DNA from: Antedon mediterranea
Lineage: Eukaryota > Animalia > Echinodermata
Length of the DNA: 64,000 nucleotides
Direction: 5' to 3'
NCBI RefSeq assembly: GCF_964355755.1
Contig: NC_092670.1
Location: 28,632,388 to 28,696,387, forward strand
Shown here in pieces: positions 1-9,112 of this stretch (positions are counted from its first letter, which is position 1; each line of letters begins with the position of its first letter). The translations under genes and the position numbers were made by a program. Under the pieces are notes generated by a model. The model had not been told where the DNA came from, made no database searches, and saw nothing but the letters and a program-made list of their open reading frames with translations.

Positions 1-830
1 TACTATGTATTTGCAGTTTAAATTATCTAAACTGTTACTGAATAATCAACTGTCTTTTGACTAGACAATTCACTGATTATTCTATGTGTTTGCAGTTTAA
101 ATTCTCTAAACTGTTACTGAATAATCAACTGTCTTTTGACTAAAAAATTCACTGATTATTCTACTATGTATTTGCAGTTTAAATTCTCTAAACTGTTACT
201 GAATAATCAACTGTCTTTTGACTAAAAAATTCACTGATTATTCTACTATGTATTTGCAGTTTAAATTCTCTAAACTGTTACTGAATTATCAACTGTCTTT
301 TGACTAAAAAATTCACTGATTATTCTACTATGTATTTGCAGTTTAAATTCTCTAAACTGTTACTGAATAATCAACTGTATTTTGACTAGACAATTCATTG
401 ATTATTGTACTATTTACACACAGTTTAAATTATCTAAACTGTTACTGACTAATCAACTACTTTTGACTAGACAATTCACTGATTATTCTACTATGTATTT
501 GCAGTTTAAATTATCTAAACTGTTACTGACTAATCAACTACTTTTGACTAGACAATTCACTTATTATTCTACTATGTATTTGCAGTTTAAATTCTCTAAA
601 CTGTTACTGATTAATCAACTACATTTCGACTAGACAATTCACTGATTATTCTACTATGTATTTGCAGTTTAAATTATCTAAACTGTTACTGACTAATCAA
701 CTACATTTTGACTAGACAATTCACTGATTATTCTACTATGTATTTGCAGTTTAAATTATCTAAACTGTTACTGACTAATCAACTACATTTTGACTAGACA
801 ATTCACTGATTATTCTACTATGTATTTGCA
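1..830. repeat. Tandem minisatellite, 81-82 bp unit, about 10 copies, truncated by the window start
   Basis: TACTATGTATTTGCAGTTTAAATT(A/C)TCTAAACTGTTACTG recurs at 1, 162, 244, 326 and onward; ORF 382..633 is just its 27-aa translation. Confidence 0.95.
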
Positions 831-917
831 AATCTTCATAGTTCTATAGAAAACTTGCAATGCTTTTAAATAATTTCTTGCTACTGCATGCCACTGAAAT
901 TAAAAACATAAACCTAC

Positions 918-1211
918 CTTTGGATGGATCCTCCTCATTTTGTCATATAACTGTTGAAATTCATAGTAATGGAGAACTGGATTTTTGTTATCGACTTCTC
1001 TTGCCTACAAAAAAAAATAAAAATTGTATTTAATAATGTGATGGTGATTATTACAATTAAATAGATAATACATAAACATTAAACATACTGTTCTTTTTGG
1101 CACATGACCCTCTTCTATTTGTCTGCCAAACAATTTAAATACAGCGTCCATAACGTCTTGGTTGTCGAATTTCGACTTTGGGCCATGTTTGCTTAGAGGA
1201 TGGCTTACAGA
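918..1211 (-). CDS. Two spliced exons (1211-1089, 1004-918) encoding a Myb/SANT-like helical module (module C)
   Basis: Sites ctag|...|gtatgt and ttttgtag|...|gtaggt join in phase 0 to give SVSHPLSKHGPKSKFDNQDVMDAVFKLFGRQIEEGHVPKRT-AREVDNKNPVLHYYEFQQLYDKMRRIHPK. The domain name is my pattern inference. Confidence 0.7.
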
Positions 1212-1541
1212 CTAGTTATATTGAAAGTAGAAAAATAATAAAGTCAAATTAATAGGTGAAATAAGTTTTACAGAAAATGTACTTTAAGTATTTCAAATGA
1301 GAATTGTATTGATGTTTTAGATAACAATAATAATGACAATAATACCAGGAGTAATTAAAGTGCTTGTAAGATTATCTGGTGGATGATGTTAATATGAAAT
1401 TGTATGCCACATATGGATTTGATTATGGGTGATTAGCATAGATTAAATTAAAATAAAATAAACACATTCTATAAACTCAGTACTACACAAAACTAAAAAT
1501 GCATGCAGTTATTTGGTGGTTGATGTTAAAATAAAAGTGTA

Positions 1542-1605
1542 TGCCACATCAGGATTTCAACCCGAGACAAGAGTGTCGATGCTCTACCAGCTGAGCTATG
1601 ATAGC
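1542..1605 (-). ncRNA. tRNA-like element with a 7-bp internal deletion
   Basis: Same as 1724-1794 but with 7 bp missing from the anticodon-arm/variable region. Confidence 0.55.
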
Positions 1606-1723
1606 ATCCTATAAAAGAAATAGATTTTAGTGATTAGCATGGATTAACACATTCTATAAACCACTAAACAAACAAAAAACGTGCATGCAGTTATCTGGTG
1701 GATGATGTTAATATGAAAGTGTA

Positions 1724-1794
1724 TGCCACATCAGGATTTGAACCCGAGACCTTCGACAAGAGTGCCGATGCTCTACCAGCTGAGCTATGATAGC
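1724..1794 (-). ncRNA. tRNA-like element (tRNA-derived; not a canonical tRNA)
   Basis: Reverse complement: GCTATCA TA GCTC AGCTGGTA GAGC A TCGGC ACTCTT GTCGA AGGTC TCGGG TTCAAAT CCTGA TGTGGC A. A box, B box, D arm and T arm are intact; the anticodon loop is 6 nt and the acceptor stem has a bulge. Confidence 0.75.
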
Positions 1795-2051
1795 ATTCTA
1801 TAAAAGAAATAGATTTTAGTGATTAGCATGGATTAACACATTCTATAAACTACTAAACAAATAAACATGCATGCAGTTATCTGGTGGATGATGTTAATAT
1901 GAAAGTGTATGCCACATCAGGATTTGAATCTGAGTGATTAGCATAGATTAAATTAAAGTAAAATAAACACACAAACACATTCTATAAACTACTAAAAAAA
2001 AAAAAAACATGCATGCAGTTATCTGGTGGATGATGTTAATATGAAAGTGTA

Positions 2052-2122
2052 TGCCACATCAGGATTTGAACCTGAGACTTTCAACAAGAGTGCCGATGCT
2101 CTACCAGCTGAGCTATGATAGT
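2052..2122 (-). ncRNA. tRNA-like element, diverged copy
   Basis: Full-length homologue of 1724-1794 with a few substitutions. Confidence 0.65.
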
Positions 2123-2793
2123 ATTCTATAAAAGAAATAGATTTTAGTGATTAGCATGGATTAACACATTCTATAAACCACTAAAACAAAATATTAAAAA
2201 TTAAATACACAGTTATTGAGTGGATGATGTATGACACATCAGGATTTGAACTAGATGTAAATGTTCAGAAATAGGGTTATTTATTTATTATAAAATTATG
2301 TGTGAATATTTTTGCCTTTAAAATAGTTTACTTTTCCCATTCTCCTAGTTTAATTTAATAAAATTAAAATTGCCAATCATCCAATGCCTGAAATAAAAGG
2401 TAACATACTACATTTTTATATATCAATAGTAAAAGTAAAAGGATAGCCAGCCAGACAACCATAATAATATTGTGCAAGAATGCACCCAGATAGATTAAGG
2501 GTACTTGGAAATCAATTAACTACTACTGTACTTAGTTTAGTAAAAGGATTTTGATCATTTACATAGTGACCTTGTCCTGGTAAATACAGGTGAACCTTAG
2601 AACAATATCATAATCAACATTTTACCTATACCTAATTACCTTTACTAACACAATGACTAAATAAGCTAGGATTAAGGTTAGTTTTAGTTATTTCTCCTAG
2701 TTTCTCCTAGTCTTTACCTAATAACATACAATATGATAAATCTTATGATTATCAATACATTTTATGGATAAAGAAATAATATAAAAAACATAC

Positions 2794-3645
2794 CAACTAT
2801 GCTTTTAATTGTTTTCTCAGATTTTCTGAGATAATGGGATTGTTCGTCCGCCGAAACTAGATCACCTTAAAAGAAAATTAAAACATATTATTATTATTAT
2901 TTCAATTTAAATAATATGACTTTCAAACATTTGATGAAAAGAAAAACTTTAATTCAGTAGATGTTACCTTCAATTTCTTCGTGCTTTTTGGCCTTCTCTT
3001 CAGAAATGCGTTTTCTGAGAGCTTTGCTCAGGCCTTTGCATGCATCTTTGCACTTGTATATTTTGGCAAGCGAAACAGATTTAGATTCGTATATTGAAAT
3101 GTAGTCCAATATTTTCACAAAGGAGCACAGGTAGTGTCTTAACGTGGAGCCAGCAAGCTTCAATTGTAAATGGCTAACAGCACTAAACAATTATTTTTAA
3201 AAAAATGAAAAGAAGAGTACAATACACAAAAATCAAATATTAAAATATGTAATATCTTCATTATAGTAATTAGGATCGAGTGATTCATGGTAACTTCACA
3301 TGGTTTAAAATTCAATTCAAATTCAACTTAACATTTATTTCTTCCTTCAAGAAAATGAAGGTAGCAGGCAATAATACATTATACTCACAATCTATAGCTG
3401 ACATTTAAGAAAACTTTTTATTTTAATGCTAAATGAAATTTAAATTGTTTGGCTTCTTCCTTTTTCTATTAATATAATTGTAATAAAAAAATGTTACGTC
3501 TTTAATATCTTTGGAGAATATCCCTTCTCCCCTGCTTCACTCCAAATTCCCTCTATCTCCTTTATGACCTGTGCTGCATGCTTTGCCGGTATTTTTAAAG
3601 TTTCTAACATGTAGGCCTTGAACCGGCTCATTGTTGTAGATGGCT
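2794..3645 (-). CDS. Three spliced exons (3645-3498, 3182-2968, 2865-2794) encoding a helical module (module B), reminiscent of the N-terminal core-binding region of tyrosine-recombinase-like proteins
   Basis: GT-AG boundaries with matching phases give ...MSRFKAYMLETLKIPAKHAAQVIKEIEGIWSEAGEKGYSPKILKT-AVSHLQLKLAGSTLRHYLCSFVKILDYI...KKHEEIEG-DLVSADEQSHYLRKSEKTIKSIV. Family resemblance (STLRHYLxSF pattern) is inference. Confidence 0.7.
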
Positions 3646-4199
3646 CTATAGAAGTTAAAAAGACTTTAATGACATTAAAAATAAGTCCATTCTTGGAAAA
3701 CAAAGTTCAGGATCCGAAAGTTGACCCATGACATAATTATTATTATATTACAATTGTTATTACAGTAATTTTATTTATTAGTGTCTGGGATTGGTTATCT
3801 AAATTAATAGTAATTATTTGGGATAAAGAGAACTTTGTATTTGACCTAAATGTAGTAGTTAGTAGTAGAAATTAGGTAATTATAATTCTCCAGCATAGAT
3901 AAAATGAATTGTTTTTGTCAATAAAAGGTACACATTTATTTTTAAATTGAAACTATTAATTATCTATCAAAAAATGAAACTTTATAATAATTTTATAAAT
4001 AAAAGGTTACCTGCAAATTTACAGACTTTTTGTTGTCTGAACTTAATATATTCAGGACTGCCAACCAAAAAAAAAATGTAAATGTATAACTTACCTATAT
4101 AACTTTGATTTGCATCACAATTAAGCTAAGAAATTAGCATGGATTAAGACATACAGCGAAAATTAAAGTATTTAAAAACAATTACAAAGTAAATAAAAA

Positions 4200-5035
4200 A
4201 TAAACATGCATGCAGTAATCTGGTGGATGATGTTAATATGACAGTGTATGCCACATCAGGATTCGAACCCGAGACCTTCGACAAGAGTGCCGATGCTCTA
4301 CCAGCTGAGCTATGATAGCATTCTATAAAAGAAATAGATTTTAGTGATTAGCATAGATTAACACATTCTATAAACTACTAAACAAAAAAAACATGCATGC
4401 AGTTATCTGGTGGATGATGTTAATATGAAAGTGTATGCCACATCAGGATTTGAATCTGAGTGATTAGCATAGATTAAATTAAAATAAAACAAACATACAA
4501 ACACATTCTATAAACTACTAAACAAATAAACATTCATGCAGTTATCTGGTGGATGATGTTAATATGAAAGTGTATGCCACATCAGGATTTGAATCTGAGT
4601 GATTAGCATAGATTAAATTAAAATAAAACAAACACACAAACACATTCTATAAACTACTAAATAAATAAACATGCATGCAGTTATCTGGTGGATGATGTTA
4701 ATATGAAAGTGTATGCCACATCAGGATTTGAATCTGAAAAATTAGCATAGATTAAATAAAATAAAAACAAACATACAAACACATTCTATAAACTACTAAA
4801 CAAATAAACATGCATGCAGTTATCTGGTGGATGATGTTAATATGAAAGTGTATGCCACATCCGAATTTGAATGTGGTGGATTTAAGCATAGATTAAAATA
4901 AAACAAACACACATTCTATTAAATACTAACAAAATAATAAATAATTTTAAAGTGTACTGCATGTACACCTCAAAATTTGGACCTGAGACAGAGTGGTGAT
5001 ACTCTACGAACTCTAAAAAATAGATTTTTGTAATT
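4200..5035 (-). repeat. Tandem cluster 2 of the tRNA-like unit: one full copy, 139-bp truncated units and one decayed copy
   Basis: TGCCACATC recurs near 4249, 4435, 4575, 4714 and 4853; degenerate copy near 4960-5015. Confidence 0.9.
4249..4319 (-). ncRNA. tRNA-like element with consensus A box (TAGCTCAGCTGG) and B box (GGTTCGAATCC)
   Basis: Cloverleaf as at 1724-1794; an oligo-T run lies about 50 nt downstream on the minus strand (potential Pol III terminator). Confidence 0.78.
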
Positions 5036-5111
5036 AACATACATATTTTAAAAAAAAATAAACAATAAACAAACAATTATAATAGTTGGAAATACATTAC
5101 TACTCTACACA

Positions 5112-7266
5112 CTATTTCTTGGTCTGAAATAAAACAAAAAATTTAATTTAACATTTGATTGAACATATATCTGCTAAAGTTGAAAGAATTTTAACTTACA
5201 GGGAATTTATGCTTCCTTTGCAGATGCATGTCATACCTTGCCAGGTTTTTAGCCGAACATCCAGGCACACTGCAGGAATGTCTGGCCTTTTTTTTCCCCC
5301 TTTATCATTAGTATCTAGAAAACTTTAAATGATACACTCATGATAACTAGATAAAACATACAAAACTGTTTATCATTTTTCAATAATCCAATCACAGTAT
5401 TCAATTCACCCAAAAATAGAAACCATTGAGAATGTTTGGTTTTCAATACATTACAAGTGCAGTTTTCGGTTTCCAGTATTGGTAGAGTTAACTAGTAAAA
5501 TATTCTATAAAAAAGAAACTGCAAACAAAACTAAGATAAATAAAAATATGTAATTTATTATATTTAGCTGAAGAAACTCCATGTTATACTTAACAATATG
5601 TTATTTATAATTTAGCTGGTAACCACATGAAAAAAATTGTTCATAATGAATGAAGTACTCACCTTTTTCTAGCATCAGCAACCATGTTTTTAATTATTTC
5701 TCTATTTATTATTTTGTGGGCCTTTTCCAGATGGCTGGCAAGGTACCTGCTTATGCGGCCACACAGAATGCATGTTAACAATTTTCTGTTCTGTAGGCAA
5801 TAATAAACCATGACTATTTTGAATGAATGCTTTAAGGTCTATTCATTATCAACAACCAATATCAAAATATAAAATTTTATATTATTTGTATTCAATAAAA
5901 AAAACTATTTTAATGAAGTTAAATAATTTAAGACTTCAGTAACCACAGATGTAAACTACAACTATCTACGGTAATTAGATTTTTGATGCTAATCTACAGG
6001 GAAAATTTAATCTAGCTAAATTGATAATAAAAAAAAAAAGGAAACAAAGTTTAAGTTAATATTTTACTTCAAATTAAGTACAAAAGTATATTCAATATGC
6101 TACTTTCCCTTACAGCTTTCTTCTTTTCTATGTCCTTCCTAATAAAAACAAAATACAACACATAGGTATTAAAGGAAAAGTACTGATAAAGTAATATAAT
6201 ATTTCATGTTAACTGTATATAACTACCGTATTTTTATTTTTACATTATTTAATAACATAGCATTTAGGGCCTAAGTGATCCATTGGCTGTTTATTTTAAT
6301 TACAGTATTAGTCAAAAAATATTATATTTACTTTTTTCCCTTCTTTTGAAAATCACTATACCTAAACAAATTAAAAAAATATTGTTATGGTTATAGTAAT
6401 AACTAAAGTTAACACAAATAAGGATGCTCAATAGTATATGTTTTGCTACATAATAAGCTCAATCTAGAAAAATAATACTGGTAAATTTTAGAAAATGATA
6501 AACTATGTTCATTCTAGAATGTCTAAATACAAAACAGTTCATAACTTACATCTCAACTACCTCCTCTTCTTTTTCCTCGTCTTCTTTCTCGCTTTCTTCT
6601 TCTTCTTCTTCTTCCTCCTCCTCCATCTCCTCCTCCTCCTCCATGTTTTCCTCTTCCTCCATTTCTTCTTCCTCGTCTTCTTTCTCATTTTCTTCCTCCT
6701 CCATGTTTTCCTCTTCCTTATTTTCTTTCTTCTCAAATTCTCCATCCTCACTTCTATTAATAGTTCACAAAGTACACACAAATATTGTAGGTGTATTAAA
6801 ATAAAAGTCGAAAAAAAAAACTATTTATAGACCTACTATGAAATAATATAGAAATTATATAAGCATGTATGTTTGCACAAATTAGAATAGATGTTTGGCT
6901 TTAGGTAAATAAACAACAGCATATATCCTATTCTTCGTTAACAAAATAATTTCAAGTATTTATTTTTTAACAAAAATAAGTTTGAATTGTATGGTGTGAA
7001 TAATAAAGTATAAATAATTACGTCAAAATAAAACAAAATTGTAAATTTATGGCAAAAATGGTTTATCACAGATAACAAATCACCCGACTTAACTAACTGG
7101 TTAATTATTGAACCGATTAATATTAAAATTTGCAAGGTAGGCTCAAATTAAACCCTAGCCATCAGCGCAAGATCAGTAATCTGGATGTCGTGGTTCATAC
7201 AAACACAACAGATTTATTCTCAAATTGGATACTTACACTTTGTCAGACATGTAGTCTTCTTTGCTA
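5112..7266 (-). CDS. Multi-exon protein with a Glu-rich tract, a basic linker and two C2H2-like zinc fingers (module A)
   Basis: Exons 7266-7237, 6753-6550, 6361-6332, 6138-6114, 5790-5663, 5299-5200 and 5123-5112 are all GT-AG and phase-compatible: MSDKVSEDGEFEKKENKEEENMEEEE...EMYSDFQKKGKKKDIEKKKANRKLLTCILCGRISRYLASHLEKAH...ARHSCSVPGCSAKNLARYDMHLQRKHKFPTKK*. The 5299 acceptor and the last exon are less certain. Confidence 0.78.
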
Positions 7267-7658
7267 CTAATAATAAAATTAAACAAATATTGTTAGTTAA
7301 TTTTTACTTTGAAAAACAAATACAGGCTCTAATTATTAACCTTATTTATTTCATTAAAGCAAATAATTAAAAAAATCATTTCAAACCCTTACTTTTTTAT
7401 CATTATGAATAAAAATGAATAAAGGTTTGTTTATAACATGTCATTTTTCAAGAAGGCTGTACCAACGAAGATACAATATTGGAATTAAAAATAAAATACT
7501 TACCATCTAAATTTGTCATGGATGTAAAAATGGAGTAATTTATCAATAAATTTCTAACTATACTTACCAGTCTTCATGATTAAAAAAAATCGCTTTCAGT
7601 TAATTCATCAGGTTGCTATAAAAAAATAATGTTATTATTATTGTATATTTGTTACAAA

Positions 7659-9112
7659 TAATTAAACTAAAGTTATCCGTAACTATTATTACATAGTGCA
7701 GTATTATTATTACTTTTCTAAGGCTTAACCTTACTTTTATATACTGTACTTGAAAAAGTTGAATTCCATGACTAAGATAAGCTCTAGATAAATGGATTAT
7801 TACATTTGTGATTCAGCCAAGGAGCATTATCAGTACGGGACATGTCAGCTCATTTAGGAGATTAGATTAGTAATGACGTACATTTTATAAAAAGTCTGCT
7901 TTAGCGATAACATTTTATAAACTTAAAATACCAACAACTGACGACAACCATTTGGTCCAGCATAAAATCTGGATGTTTCAGTATACAAAGCGAGTTGAAT
8001 CGCTCCACCAAACCTGGAATAAATCATCCTGGATTCAGGTAAATTTAGGTAAATGAATTGTTTACTTACGGGTGAATTACAAAAACGGTCCATTTTGAAA
8101 TAATCTGTGGAACAAATGATACATTTTTTGAAGAAAAAAAAAGCACTGAAGCCAGGGGTAGCATATACTTGCTAATGAGAAGGGCCTACTGTGGTCCAAC
8201 TTTTAATACCCTCTCCTTTATGCTAGGCCTAGGGGCCTACTCTAACCTAGCTAGTGTGGTATGATTGATAGGCCTAGCTAGAGACTAGGCCTATACATGA
8301 CATAGGCCTACACCTAACCTCCTATCTAGGCTACAGACAGATTCAGCCAACTAGGCTAGGCCTAAACTATTATTAACCTAGCCTAGGCCTAGCTAGGTAG
8401 ACCAGGCTAGTAGGCCCTATAGCCTGGCCCAAGGAGGTAGGTTTAGTTCCTACCCTATCTAGGCCTATAATAATACTTTAATACGCAGGCCTAGGCCAAG
8501 CTAGGTAGGCTATGCCTCCTAGGCTAGGCCTAGCTAAGCTAGCTAGGACCTAGCCTAGCTAGGAGGGCTTATTAATTATTGTTAGGCCTCTAGCTAGCTA
8601 GCTAGGCCTAGCCTAGCTAGGCCTAGCCCTCTAGGGCCTAGGCTAGTAGGCCTAAGCCTAACTAGGGGCCTCTAGGCTAGGCCTAGGCCTAGGCTAGGCC
8701 ACAATCATTTTATGCCATGGTGGTATTTTTTTATTTTGGCCATTTAAAACAAAAAATCTCTGTACTTTAGTACAGGGATTAAGGCACTTGGTTATGCAAT
8801 AAAAATGTATGTTAGGATAATAAAATGTAATAAAAGTACCTAGCCTATAGCCTTACCTTTCTACAAACAGTCTGTTTTAACGATCAGATCAATACAGATG
8901 AATTTAAAAATTTAAAAAAACACCGCGTCCGGATGGGTTTATTTATAAAATTAGTGAAAGAGGCTGAATGCCAGTGATTACCTAACTGCTGAAAATTCTT
9001 CAATCGACGCGAGTGCATCTGAAATCAGCATAATTGCACCCAAAAAACAGGTTGCATCGCGATATGCTGATCGGCCGCCGCTGATTAGCATTGAAAAGTT
9101 GCATTGTGCGCT
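7659..9112 (-). promoter_or_regulatory. Probable promoter and 5' exons of the minus-strand locus (copy 1 of a duplicated 1.4-kb segment)
   Basis: Minus-strand donors GTAAGG/GTAAGT near 8855, 8068 and 7733; CpG-containing stretch 8920-9112; no long ORF. Confidence 0.5.
8180..8700. repeat. Low-complexity TAGGCCTA/CTAGCTAG palindrome-rich tract
   Basis: Dozens of TAGGCCTA, CCTAGG and CTAG motifs; paralogous tract at about 21680-22125. Confidence 0.85.

Larger units (their letters stand above)
1370..2252 (-). repeat. Tandem cluster 1 of a tRNA-like-element-containing unit (full and truncated copies)
   Basis: Repeated GCATGCAGTTATCTGGTGGATGATGTTAATATGAAAGTGTATGCCACATCAGGATTTGAA, followed either by the rest of the tRNA-like body or by a deletion junction. 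Confidence 0.9.

Noticed and set aside
382-633. 83-aa repetitive ORF
   Set aside because: Translation of the 81-bp minisatellite; neighbouring 82-bp units break the frame.
1724-1794. Functional tRNA gene
   Set aside because: The 6-nt anticodon loop and bulged acceptor stem prevent assigning an anticodon; reported as tRNA-like only.
2405-2503. Possible hydrophobic exon (VPLIYLGAFLHNIIMVVWLAILLLLLLIYKNV) after module B
   Set aside because: Phase-compatible, but the acceptor is weak and T-rich DNA readily gives such peptides; not supportable without RNA data.
1370-5035. CRISPR-like repeat-spacer array
   Set aside because: Intervening sequences are homologous to each other rather than unique spacers; eukaryotic context with no cas genes.
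6495-6830. Protamine-like Arg/Lys ORF (6557..6781) and poly-Ser/poly-Phe ORFs
   Set aside because: Shadow frames; splice phases select the Glu-rich minus-strand frame.
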